Origin: Octopus bimaculoides
Taxonomy: Eukaryota
Assembly (NCBI RefSeq): GCF_001194135.2
Contig: NC_068982.1
Coordinates: 158,155,713 to 158,194,380 of the forward strand
Length of the DNA: 38,668 nt
Direction of reading: 5' to 3'
Shown here: piece after piece, positions 24,501-36,905 of the stretch
Numbering within the stretch: position 1 is the stretch's first letter
How the letters are laid out: the number at the start of each line of letters is the position of its first letter
Made by a program: the position numbers and the translations under genes
The notes under the pieces: generated by a model
Seen by the model: the letters and a program-made list of their open reading frames with translations, nothing else
Told to the model about the DNA's origin: nothing
Databases searched by the model: none

Positions 24501-26553
24501 ATTAACTGATTCTCATCAACAATTTTACTCTTTATACTCGCCAACGTCGTTGGCTGTTCACCAATACATCAAGCCCCCCCAAAATAAAATAAAAATAAAA
24601 GGGAGATATGCAAAATCTTCAAATTATGCACGACTGCCTTCTATTCTGTGTGACGCACACTCCTAGATTTAAATTAATCAAAGTTGTTTTAATGCATGTC
24701 ATTATAGCTCCTTAATGAATATGTACTAATCATCTACTGCCACATATATGCATTATATCCCTTATTTGTGATGTCTTCTCCAAAAAATATTCACACAACA
24801 TTTTCGATTAAATTCCTTTATTAATATTTTCTTACTCCAATCTTCTAACCTCCTTGATTAATAGTTCAATATTACTGCTTTACCTCTTTAATCCAAATTA
24901 ATTCAATGAAATGCTTGAAGTAACACTGTCTTCATATTCCAGATTTTATGTATTCATACATCTATAGATTTAAATTAATCCTTAGTGCTTCAATACATTT
25001 TAGCTGTACCTCATTAATCTGCTCTTTCTGTTTAATTAATTAGATGTATTAATTTAATTTAAAGGCAATCTTTTAACAAATCCCTCTTCAGTCATGTTAA
25101 ACGGCTTTAAAGCATTATGCATTGGTTAATGTAGTCGAAGGTAACATAGTTCCTGAAAGCCGTTATGGCTATGATTAGAATGCGTTTGTTGTCAGGGCAG
25201 TCCAATCGAACATGCCAAAACAACATTAAGCATGTCTATCGATCGAGCTATCCTTCAAGGTCTGCTTAACTAACTGATGCGTTATTGTCTGTAAATTTCT
25301 GCATTGAAATATCTATTTTTTTTTGTATTATTTTGAAACAATTCCGCTTAACCATACACCTGTTTAGATGAGACACTTAAATCAATATATTCATATCTCA
25401 TTTCTAAACATCCCCGCTCTTCTAGATGTTAATTACACAAAACAAAACATTTTCTCTGTAGCTTAATCTATTTTATCATATTTATAAATTTAAATTTATT
25501 AATGCCTCCTTATAATATCATGCTTTTATTATTGAATATGGCAAGAGTTTATTTCGCGCCGCTTAAATTATGTCTCTCGGGCTAAACGCTTTAATGGTAT
25601 ACAGCTTCACAAATGCCGTTTCTGACTTTCCAAATTAATTAGAAACCACCTTTAAATATCTGTCCTTAATATCTATATATTGTTAATTCCAGGAAGAAAA
25701 AAAAAACAGAACAATATAAGTAGATACAGACTGACTGAAGAATGATACACAGTTTCTTGATAAGTAGAGAAACTAGTGGGAAAGTAACGAGCTGTCCTTC
25801 TTCAGTCCATCTAAATCCAGCTATATTTTGCTTATATTCCTTACAGAATCTTTATTCAAAGTTTTTTCACACGCAGTTTTTATTACCAAATATTTATATA
25901 TTCTAAAACTACCATCACGTAATACATTTTTTGAAAATGATCTTGAATGATAAAGTCAGCTATATCTACCTACCGTCCCTAAGAATCAACAATACCTATC
26001 TACCTTCCTTAAGAACATAAATGATGTGGAACGAAGGAGTTTTCAACATAGCTCGTCCTAGTAAAATTCTAGTCAACACACTCTCAGGTAGCATCNNNNN
26101 NNNNNNNNNNNNNNNNNNNNNNNNNNNNNNNNNNNNNNNNNNNNNNNNNNNNNNNNNNNNNNNNNNNNNNNNNNNNNNNNNNNNNNNNNNNNNNNNNNNN
26201 NNNNNNNNNNNNNNNNNNNNNNNNNNNNNNNNNNNNNNNNNNNNNNNNNNNNNNNNNNNNNNNNNNNNNNNNNNNNNNNNNNNNNNNNNNNNNNNNNNNN
26301 NNNNNNNNNNNNNNNNNNNNNNNNNNNNNNNNNNNNNNNNNNNNNNNNNNNNNNNNNNNNNNNNNNNNNNNNNNNNNNNNNNNNNNNNNNNNNNNNNNNN
26401 NNNNNNNNNNNNNNNNNNNNNNNNNNNNNNNNNNNNNNNNNNNNNNNNNNNNNNNNNNNNNNNNNNNNNNNNNNNNNNNNNNNNNNNNNNNNNNNNNNNN
26501 NNAAAATGTTATAAATTTACTCATGATTGATTTCTTCATTCTCTCTCTCTCTC

Positions 26554-26590
<37 letters not shown>

Positions 26591-27105
26591 AAGAACATGC
26601 TTACTGTTAGATCTAACAGATCAGCAAGGAGAGGTGTTACGTGTGAGTTTTGTTTCGTTAATATTGATTTCTTATAATTGCACAATATACAGAGGAGAAG
26701 GAAGAGGACGACAGTCGATCGAATACATTCTTTTACAAAGTTTGTGCTCATTGAATCGGACATAGGATGGATGCAAAGAAATTCGATATCGATGATATTT
26801 GAAATTAGGACAAGAAAGTTAGAAACAAAATATTATTAGGCAGTCTACTTTTTCTGTTACACTACTGCTTCCGTTGTTTCTTGAAAAATGACGTAATTCC
26901 TGAATTGGTAAAATAGGTTGTGGTGAAGTAATTCTATCATTCACGTTTTATCGAATTTTTTTTATTATTCTCTCATTCCTTATCTCCTCGTCCTCTTTAT
27001 CTCTCTAGTAACATTTGAGCTGAAGAATTTACTGGATTATTGTAGAAAAAATAAACTCGAACGTGCCTTATATGTATTCCTATGATTAGAATGAAAAACC
27101 TGATT

Positions 27106-27322
27106 AAGGTGCCGAGCTGGCAGGATCGTTAACACGTCCGGCAAAATGCTCGGTGATATTTCGTCCATGATTACGTTCTGAGTTCAAATTCCGCTGAGGC
27201 CGACTTTGTCTTTCATCCTTTCGAGGTAGATAAAATAAGTACCAGTAAATATCTGGCACCGATGTAATCGACTATCGCCTCCCCTAAATATTTCAGACCT
27301 TTTGCTTATAGTAGAAATGAAT
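27106..27322 (+). mobile_element. tRNA-derived SINE, near full length
   Basis: A-box-like tggcaggatcgtt and B-box gagttcaaattcc (27180-27192), followed by the body ctttcatcctttcgaggtagataaaataagtaccag...atcgac, which is characteristic of octopus-type SINEs. Confidence 0.75.
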
Positions 27323-29269
27323 ATGAAAAAATATGATGTTTCTTTTTCACAACATGGCACAAAGGACTAATACAATACATATTCATTCATAATGTGCTAA
27401 ATTCCGACATTCATAGCTATCTTTAGGGAGTACTAAAAACTTATTTTGACCAAGTGCGTTGGGCGACAAAATTGATTGCATTTGACAATACATTTTGCAC
27501 AATACCAGCCATAAGAACGCTCTTCGAAGTTGAAACAACGATCATTCGGCAAAGACACATTAACGACCAGTCAGCTGTGACGATTATATATAGAGTACTA
27601 GAAGGTTTTGCTCAACATATCTTATTTTATGAAACCGAACAAATGTTTGAATCATGTTACGCAACATTTTTCTCTTATTAGACATAATCTAGAAATATTC
27701 ACCCGTAAATAGACAAAAGACGACATGAATGCTAGAACAGAAAATTGCAGTTTGAAAGTGTAGAAAATTATATCTTCTGTTTACCCCGAAGGAAAATATA
27801 GTGCTTCGTAAAGCAGGAAAACCATTTCCTGATAAACGTTAAAAGAAGAAAAACAGAATCAGCAGAATCGTAATACAATGGTAAAATACTAATTAAATTA
27901 TGAGAAGCAAAAGCTCTGCTTGATTTTCGAAAATATATTAATATTTTTATAAGTATTCGCATAGACGTTCCTTCAGACATGTTGACTGTTTCCATTTAGA
28001 TTCTATAAATTAAATTTCAACTTTAGAATACACTTAAACGTCATGAAATATTGTCAACTCATCTGTGATTTAGCTAAGGAGTATTTAGTCATCATAGCAT
28101 TGACCGTTTCATAGGGAAATTTATAATTTAGCGAAAAATAATTGAATGTAGTAATTGTGTGACTTACTCTTTATTTTAAGGATTGCCAGTCCCAGAGAGG
28201 GGAATAAAATGCCTCTCGGTAACCACTTGCACAACTTTTTGTTGGTCGATATAATGAGTTGCACTCACAAAGATAAATTCAAGAGTTTCGTCCGAGACGT
28301 TTGAAAGAGATACGCGTAAATTAGAAATTATGATATTTAATATATTCTGTACGTTGTTTGAATGAATTTGGCATAGAAGTCACAAATGCTATGCCACACC
28401 GCTCTTATGCTAGTTACTACCTAACAACGATCATGCCTAACAAACACGAATAGTTGATATATCTGCATATACTAGTTTTGTAGGCTCGTATTTATCATTC
28501 AACTACGGTCGTAGTTGAATACTATTCTTAAAGCCGCAATTTACTCATACGTAGCATTTATCAGAGCTTGTCGCTAATATAGTTCATAATGAAATTGAAA
28601 ACTATTAATACGTTTGAAGAGAACTGGTCTCTAGCTACATTTTGGCATAAAACAATTGAAATTTGGTCCAGTAGAAAAAAGTTTACATCAAAATTTGTAG
28701 CAACATTATAAAAGAGTAAGTAACGCCACTAATCAAGTTTAGATCTAAATAACTTTTTTATATTTTAAAAACAAAATATATTTATCTTGGCTTCAATAAT
28801 AGGAGAAAACAAAGATTTCATAGTTTGGCTTCATGCAACAAAAATTTGTATAAAAAAAGTCGTGTTATGAAAAAAAAATTAAGCAAAAAATTGGATGTAA
28901 GTATAATTAACATTTTAATTTTAAGAGCAAGCTATATTTTAAGCTTAAATGATAGAGCTCAATTAAAGGAATATCATGGTATCAATCTCATGCTATGATG
29001 TTTTAAAAGAAAAAAAATGTTATGAGTGTTCGCTTCTCAAATTTGACGTTGATAGTATAGTTCTGTACTTTTTATGAACATAGTTCTATAAGGGACTTTT
29101 AATATATGTCACCGGCGTCATTGAGGTAAGGAAAAAAATTATCAACGGCACTACTAATTGATACATTTGACACATTATTACTTAGCATACTAGCGTAGCC
29201 GGTAAAATGAAAATGGATTAGATGGGAAAATGCGAGCAAGAGAAAAATATTCTTAAGATTTTAAATCTA

Positions 29270-29880
29270 AAAAAGTACGAAGAAGATATACTACTAGTCA
29301 TAGATGAGGTGGACGCAAACTCAACTGTTGGTCCTGATGGTTTCCCAGCAATTCTCTTCAAATTGTGTAAGCGTGCCTTAGGGAAACCTCTACAGATTCT
29401 CTTCTAGAGCTTTCTTGCAAATGGCAGGCTACCAAGCAAACTGAAGGAGGGAATTATATGCCCAATCCATAAACGAGGAAGCAGAGCAGATGCCAAAAAT
29501 TAATGGCCTATCTCTCTGAATTCAAACCTTAGCAAAGTCATGGAACGGATATTCAGAGGGAAACTAATCGCATCCCTTAAATAAAACAACTTGCAGAGTG
29601 ATACCCAGCATCGCTTTCGACCAGGTAGGAGCTGCCTGACCCAGCTCTTACAGCACTATGACTGGCTTTTGAGGCAGTTACTTAACAACTCAAATGTGGA
29701 CGTAATAGACTTTGACCTTGCAAAAGGTTTTGATAAAGTGGATCATGGTATGGTATGCCACAAACTGCGTGATCAAGTCATAGCTGCAAAACTTGGAGAG
29801 TGTTTACATGACTTTCTGAAAGACAGAAGTCAGGTAGTAGTGGGCAATGGAGACACCTCAATGAAACCACATATTAGGGG
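29270..29880 (+). mobile_element. LINE reverse transcriptase fragment (CR1/L2/Jockey-type), pseudogenised
   Basis: Reads GPDGFPAILFK...PIHKRGSR..AKN*WPISLNSNLSKVMER...QHRFRPGRSCLTQLL...DVIDFDLAKGFDKVDHG. These are RT domains 0-3, with several stops. The fragment is cut before the QG and YADD motifs. Confidence 0.9.
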
Positions 29881-29904
29881 GAGTTCCAAATGGCATTAGG
29901 GGGA

Positions 29905-29990
29905 GCTCTCAATAATAACAGTGTAACAAAACGGCGGTGCTCCAGCATGGCCACAGTTCTGAGCTGAAACTACAAAAAATAAAATAAATA
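29905..29990 (+). mobile_element. SINE 3' tail fragment abutting the LINE RT fragment
   Basis: Reads ggcggtgctccagcatggccacag..ctgaaactac, then an A-rich tail. It matches the reverse complement of 36650-36673 at 21 of 24 positions. Confidence 0.6.
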
Positions 29991-31414
29991 AAAAATAAAT
30001 AACATATATAAAATATATACATATAATATATATAGGTAATATACATACANNNNNNNNNNNNNNNNNNNNNNNNNNNNNNNNNNNNNNNNNNNNNNNNNNN
30101 NNNNNNNNNNNNNNNNNNNNNNNNNNNNNNNNNNNNNNNNNNNNNNNNNNNNNNNNNNNNNNNNNNNNNNNNNNNNNNNNNNNNNNNNNNNNNNNNNNNN
30201 NNNNNNNNNNNNNNNNNNNNNNNNNNNNNNNNNNNNNNNNNNNNNNNNNNNNNNNNNNNNNNNNNNNNNNNNNNNNNNNNNNNNNNNNNNNNNNNNNNNN
30301 NNNNNNNNNNNNNNNNNNNNNNNNNNNNNNNNNNNNNNNNNNNNNNNNNNNNNNNNNNNNNNNNNNNNNNNNNNNNNNNNNNNNNNNNNNNNNNNNNNNN
30401 NNNNNNNNNNNNNNNNNNNNNNNNNNNNNNNNNNNNNNNNNNNNNNNNNNNNNNNNNNNNNNNNNNNNNNNNNNNNNNNNNNNNNNNNNNNNNNNNNNNN
30501 NNNNNNNNNNNNNNNNNNNNNNNNNNNNNNNNNNNNNNNNNNNNNNNNNNNNNNNNNNNNNNNNNNNNNNNNNNNNNNNNNNNNNNNNNNNNNNNNNNNN
30601 NNNNNNNNNNNNNNNNNNNNNNNNNNNNNNNNNNNNNNNNNNNNNNNNNNNNNNNNNNNNNNNNNNNNNNNNNNNNNNNNNNNNNNNNNNNNNNNNNNNN
30701 NNNNNNNNNNNNNNNNNNNNNNNNNNNNNNNNNNNNNNNNNTATATATATATATATATGCACACAATAATACATACATTCTCAAATATATTTACTTGTAA
30801 AATGATAAATTCGATTAAACTGAAGTTACTTTTTCATTTTACTTGTGTTGTAAGACTTGCTAATAAAAATATATAAATAGAAATAAACTTTCTCTCGAAC
30901 TTCAAACAGTAATAAGTTTTGTGAGATCATATATTGTTCTTTATACACGACAAAATAATAAAAATTCTTTTATAATGTTTTTGAATTGCTTATTTATTGA
31001 TTTCGTCGAAGTTCTGGAAATACAATAAGTATTGGATATTAGCTGAGAAACACATACTCCTAGATTTACTGACCAATCAACAACTAACACTAAGCTTCTT
31101 GTAGCAAAAACTAAAGCTAATATATTTGAAACATACATAATGATAGAGGTCGACCGATTGATTGACTTATCTTCGATCTGATTTTGTGTGATCAATGTCC
31201 TTCATAAAATTTGATTTTGTGTTGCAACTCTCAGTTCTTTGAATTTTGTGCGTCATTCATTGCATACTCACGCTCTGAGTTTCCTGTTTATCAGTGTACG
31301 CGAAAAACAGTAAAAACAATAAATATTTATACTGTCTTGTGATTATATCGGATACGCCCAACAGATTAAACTGTTGGAAAAAATATTCCTAACTACGGGC
31401 TACAATAAGTAACC

Positions 31415-31928
31415 TTAGATACCGACAAGCCTCCTGAGTATTCTAGCTGTCTCTAATAACACTGTTATCTAGAGTAGCACTAAGCTAGGTTTTATGCCTA
31501 TTTCCTCTATCAATTTGTTCAAATCTTTAGGGATAGCTCTTAAAACACCTATAGCTACAGGGTTACATTTTACTCGCACTTTCTATTGTCCTTGTAACTC
31601 AATGGCTACTTTACCGTTTTCTCTATACCCATCATATTGACTTTGTCATCATTTGGGTTTGTAAAGTCAATTATCTGGAAATTTCTATTTTCTTTATCTA
31701 CTACTACTAAAGCGGGCTTTGTAGCTTCTATTAATCTACCAGTCTGAATGTTAAAGTACCACAACATCTTTTCTTACCTTCTAGTTCTTTACTAGGTCCA
31801 TGTTTATACCGTTTATCAGCATGGTCAAATCCCAGCTTTCCTCATAACCTCCAGTAGATTATTCCCCTAGGTTGTCGTCTTTTCTGGTATTCTTTCTGTG
31901 CCTGCACACTACATTCACTTACTATATC
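31415..31928 (-). mobile_element. 3' end of an RLE-type (R4/Dong-like) non-LTR retrotransposon ORF
   Basis: Reads IVSECSVQAQKEYQKRR...IYWRL*GKLGFD / KMLWYFNIQTGRLIEATKPALVVVDKENRNFQIIDF...EK / AIELQG..KVRVKC.PVAIGVLRAIPKDL...TVLLETARILRRLVGI*. This is the tail of a CCHC knuckle plus a PD-(D/E)xK restriction-like endonuclease layout (PD decayed to PA). Confidence 0.8.
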
Positions 31929-32292
31929 ATTATTATTATTGAGTGAGAGAGCAGTGCATGTCATCAAAGTGATACAAAACCGAATATGCACATCATGACT
32001 ACCCGTCTGATAAGGGTACGCAAGGCACATGTATCAAAGCTATCTGTGCGCGACATAGTGATTTCATTTCAAGATAAACAGCGCATGACCTTGAAGGTGG
32101 GGCCCAGTTAGAATTTTCTTGAAACTGAGTAGCGCACGCTGCTCAAAAGTTCTAAAGGTCTAGATAAGGGTTGTCTAAGAATATTGAACAACATTCTCAT
32201 GTTTCCAAAGCTGGAATATTCAAACCCCCAAGAATTCCTCTCAACACATGGCTATGATGCTCCCCCACTACTTCTGCTCGTGATAAGAGATG
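31929..32292 (-). mobile_element. Interspersed retroposon 3' end with a (TAA)n tail
   Basis: On the minus strand it ends ...gcactgctctctcactcaataataataatgat. It has no ORF and interrupts the RLE fragment exactly at the zinc-knuckle. It resembles an abundant octopus repeat as I recall it; the family is unverified. Confidence 0.5.
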
Positions 32293-33130
32293 CGAATTTT
32301 CACAAAAGATCACAATAGCACAGCTCTCCAAATTACTGCAGAGTCTAATAACCACCTCGGGAACCAAGTTTCACAAAAAGTGTTCGCTGGGAGCAGCACA
32401 AAGCCGGATTTCACGGGAGGGCTGCAATCAGATAACCACTACTTTCAAAAACAAAGTTGCAAAGCGTTTAAAGTGGAGTAATATCCTACAGCATTGGTCC
32501 CTAGAGCTGTGGAAGAATGTTATTTTCTCGGACGAGTCATCGTATACCTAATTTCCGACCACCCGCCGAGTTATACACGTGGAGACAGCCAAAAGAAGCA
32601 TTCGACCCAGACATCCCTTTTCAAACTGTTAAACATAGAGGAAGATCCGTGATGATCTGCAGGGCTATATCTTGGAAATCCGCCGGCTCAATGGTTTTCC
32701 TTCATGGCAGAATTACTATTTAAGACTATTGAAGCATTTTATCTGATCAAATTTCATCCTATAGTTGGGACCTGCTTCCGGAGGGAAACGCAAACTTTCA
32801 GGATGATAATGCATCAATTCACACAGCTAAATTTGTTACTGAATGGCACGAGGAACATCTTATCTAGCCACCACAGACCCCAGATCTCAATATTATTGAA
32901 TATTTATAGTGCATTTTAGAAAACCAATTAAGGGTCATCATCACTAAAAGAACTAGAGACTGCTTTAGCAGAAGAATGGACAAGAATTCCTTTGGAAACA
33001 ATTCAAACTTTGTACGAGTCCATACCTCGTAGAATTCAAGCTGTAATTACTACCAAAGTCTGCCCTAACCCATATTTAAATTAATTTGTTTGGAATTTTA
33101 AGTTGTTTCCATTATTTTGTCCAACCCCTA
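32293..33130 (+). mobile_element. Tc1-like transposon, 5'-truncated, with decayed transposase and right TIR
   Basis: Across frameshifts it reads WKNVIFSDES, WRQPKEAFDP..TVKHRGRSVM, FQDDNASIHTAK..EWHEEH and PPQTPDLNIIE. It ends gtttccattattttgtccaacccc-TA. The D-E spacer is 30 in this copy, apparently after a deletion, so the DDxE subfamily is not assignable. Confidence 0.88.
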
Positions 33131-33319
33131 TATATTTAAATGATAAACTTGTGGAAACATGTACAGATTTTTACAGTTCCAATGATGGATTGAGTCTGTA
33201 AACTTCGAATTAGCTTTCTCCTTTCTGGTTTCGAGAAGCCTAATCTCTTAAGACTAGTATTTAGGCAGTGTATTACATATCCCAGGGCCCCAATTATGTA
33301 TGCATGTCTCTTCTATGTT

Positions 33320-33600
33320 TTTATTACTATAAATCTTCCTCTGAGGAGGGAACCGGTTTCCAACAAAGATACAAGTCTACATCTCTAGGATGTAGTTAGC
33401 ACAGACAAATTCACATTTGGAACTTCAGAAAGGTCATGCATATTTTTACTGTTCAGCTCAGAAAATGGACTTAATGTACGATTCAGCCGGTCAGTTTCTC
33501 TTTCTGGAAATCCCAGTTTATCCAAATTCTCCCTTAAGCATTTACTAACAAATCCTTGTGCTCCAATTATTATTGATATGAATATGAATTCATAGACTGG
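33320..33600 (-). mobile_element. Second RLE-type LINE 3' end remnant
   Basis: Reads YEFIFISIIIGAQGFVSKCLRENLDKLGF...TDRLNRTL, then after a frameshift TVKICMTFLKFQM* (stop at 33411-33413). The 'IIIGAxG..L..NL.KLG' pattern is typical of RLE C-termini. Confidence 0.6.
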
Positions 33601-33631
<31 letters not shown>

Positions 33632-34101
33632 TGTACGTATGTACGCATGTATGTATGTATGTAAACAGAATAACAGTCAGCTAGCAAGATAGATGCCAAT
33701 AGAGATATAGATATATCGATATGCACGAACTTATATTATTAAAATGTTAACTGGATAACAACACAGAGATACATGTCTTTGATTAAGTAATCCATTGGAA
33801 AGTTGTGTAGCATCGAACCTTCAATGAATAAACCAACATTGAATCATCTCAATGACCCTCACTTATACTAACCCCTTCTCTGAAGGACTGATAAGAGGGC
33901 CAGTGAGAGAGAGAGACAGAGAGAGAGAGGAAGAGAGAGATACAATATAGAGAGAGTGATGTATATAGGTTTGTCCCGATGGACAATTAGAACCTTAAAT
34001 TCGGACGTTCCTAAAATAAATACGATTAGTATTTTGATTATGAAATATGAATATAAATGAGCGTATGAAATAAAATTATAAAATTGTAAAAAAAAACATA
34101 C

Positions 34102-34327
34102 CTCTAGGGGTTGCGATCCCGTATCCCTTAGAGTCTAGACGCCCACCCACCTGCATAAGTTCACAGTTTCTCTGCACGTTGTAGTCGATAATTGCCGACT
34201 CACCCAGGTAGGCGTAGTTACCCTTTAGAACACGGTCAATACCCTCTTGAGAGGAATTAACAAACACGCTTGGATCTGTAGAATCCATCACGTGCCACAT
34301 TCTTTGAAATATTGGAATCTTAGAGGT
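34102..34327 (-). CDS. GRIK-like: Kainate-type ionotropic glutamate receptor, internal exon encoding the S2 ligand-binding lobe
   Basis: Translates as [75 protein letters not shown] plus one G (226 nt = 75 codons + 1). It carries the iGluR S2 motifs (F/Y-x-x-MW, EG-x-x-RV, ligand-binding E of 'ES', [14 protein letters not shown]). Acceptor ttttcgttgcag|ACC; donor AGAG|gtatgt (phase 1). Vertebrate paralogue is not assignable. Confidence 0.96.
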
Positions 34328-34682
34328 CTGCAACGAAAAATACATGAATATGAACGACAGAAATGAGAAGCATATAGAAATATAACATGGTAACAAACAG
34401 CTCAATTACATAGCAATTTTCAGTTAATGTGTTACATTCGGTGTTGTAATATAATTATGAAATATGCAATATTCTGTTGGCTATATTCTTCTCTGTAATA
34501 CAGAAGTTTGAAAAAATAATTGCAGAAAAAATATGATTGTCTTGACGGCTTATTTTACTCAACTGTATGTCGTCAACCACACGCACTCGCACGTACTAAC
34601 GCATATATGTACATGTGCATATTATACATAGCACAATGAATAGACACACACAAACACACAAACATGCACCCATACGCACACG

Positions 34683-34713
<31 letters not shown>

Positions 34714-34714
34714 T

Positions 34715-34925
34715 ATCGTTTATCTTTTACTTGGTCAGGCTGGGTCACTACTTCCAAGAATTTTAATCGAACGAATCGACACTGATACATATGTTGCTTA
34801 GAAGACTGGTACTTATATATTGCCGAACGCTAAGATGTTGAGACAGAAACCCACGAACACCGGTTGCCAAGCGGTGCAGGGGGACAAAACAGAAGCACAT
34901 ACACACACACACACACATGCACACG
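34715..34925 (-). mobile_element. Diverged SINE fragment, same family as 36637-37015
   Basis: Shares tcttttacttg..., aatcgac, ggtacttat, ccgaacgctaag and gggggacaaa(ca)n blocks with the 36.6-kb copy. Confidence 0.55.
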
Positions 34926-36031
34926 CCCCCCCCCACAAAGAGACAGACATGTATATATACACATATTTATTAATATTTAGCGGCAGCACCGGGGTGACTC
35001 AAGGCACTTGTGTTGTGTGCGTTAGTACTTATCAAACATGTATATATATGGTGTTGTTAAGCAGTGTCGATTTTTACATTTCTGTAAATAATAAGCTTTA
35101 TAAGCTGAAAGATTATAGCGATCACTGCGCAATGACTGAAAAAAAAATAGTCTTATAATGGGGCATATAAGCCCGTGACAGATAAAAAGTAGGTTTTCAC
35201 GTACGACTCGAGCCCAAACCTTTTTGCTTACGCGATCAAGCAACTTTTTTTTGTCTCTCAGATTTAAGAACTATAATTAGATCATAGTTGTTTTTGTAAA
35301 CAAATATGTGAACGATAAAAGTTATTTTACATTGTATATCAGAAGTCAATGTTAAATCATAATTTGAAGGACAAAACCATCGGTAATGTCTATTATGATT
35401 AAGTCATTAAAACAATTTAATCGCCGTTTGAGTGTATCCCAGAATTAAGTATCTATTTCAGTGAAATCAGGTAAATTTAAAAAACAAACAACCCGCCGTA
35501 TTTTATGTTGATTACTTAATTATAATACCAAAACTAATAGATTTATAAACATTACGTGGACACTTTATTGATAATTTGCAACATGTGCCCCTACAAATTT
35601 AAAATCTATCCTCAGCGTTGCGAAACAACATTTGAAGCATTTCAGGAGCTAACTTCAGCAACTGCTAACTGAATGCCTTCTTCAAGGGGGAATTTATACG
35701 TATGTATGTATCCTCTGCATCAATTCTGATCGCGCTCAAATTTATAAAGATAAATATGAATACATATGTATAAGATCATATACATCCATGCAGAATATCC
35801 ACGTACAATGTGTGCACACTGGCACACACACACATCTGCGTCATGAATTTCGTTTGCGTTCGAGTGTGTGTGCACATAACTGTTCGTATTTGCACCCATG
35901 TGCACATAATTACTGAGTGTCATATACTTTTCACGTACTCCACAACATTTCCATGCTGGAGATGGAGGTAGAGAAAATGCGTTCAGCCAATAAAAACAAA
36001 ATAAAACACCCCTCCTCCCAAACACACACAT

Positions 36032-36071
<40 letters not shown>

Positions 36072-36636
36072 CTATCGTGGACAGATTTTCGGAATCCAAC
36101 AGCAATAAAAATAAACTTACAAATTCTTCAATTTTACTGATATAGAAAGTTAATTCTCTGACACCCTGTATTTTGAGATGTATAAAAGAAAGGTGGAAAG
36201 TTGTTGACCGAGCTTCAAAATTATTATCATCTATTGTAGAAAAGCTACATTGTTAGAGAGGATATTTATATTTAACTTATTTTGTTGTAAAACAATGTTA
36301 GGCTTTTGTATTGTACATATACACTATAAGGCTATAAAAAACAACGTCTGATATAATAACTGAGAAACCCTACCCGAAGAGATACATAACTGATTAAATT
36401 TCTTTAAGTCTGTGTTTACAATTTTATATGATCGTTTGAAAGTTCTTTTATGATTTTTATTTGGGGAAAGAGTGTTTACGGAAAACAAGAATCATTGAAC
36501 ATTATAATTCTTTACACTTGAGTTAACAGGAAATAATCCCATTTGAAAATACTGTAAAGAAATCGGATTGTTGACTTGTTCAAAAAGAGTTAGTATGATA
36601 TAAAAAATAAAAGTATAAAATATATAATTTATTTGT

Positions 36637-36836
36637 TGCAGTCATTGCGCTGTGGCCATACTGGGGCACCGACTTGAAGGGTTTTAACCAAAAATATCGA
36701 ACTCTGTAATTACTTTTTAAGCCTGATATTTATTGTATCGGTATCTTATGGTGAAACGCAAACTTACTAGAACGTAAACAAACTAATACTGATTGTTAAG
36801 GAGTGGTGGGGGACAAACAGATTGACACACATATAC

Positions 36837-36905
<69 letters not shown>

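Larger units (their letters stand above)
14335..34101 (-). other. Intron of the iGluR gene (19,767 bp, phase 1)
   Basis: Bounded by gtatgt at 34101 and ttag at 14335 on the minus strand; filled with TE remnants, microsatellites and gaps. Confidence 0.88.

Noticed and set aside
32161-32195. Apparent left TIR for the Tc1-like element (taagggttgtctaaga...)
   Set aside because: It lies inside the unrelated retroposon, matches poorly and leaves no room for the transposase 5' end.
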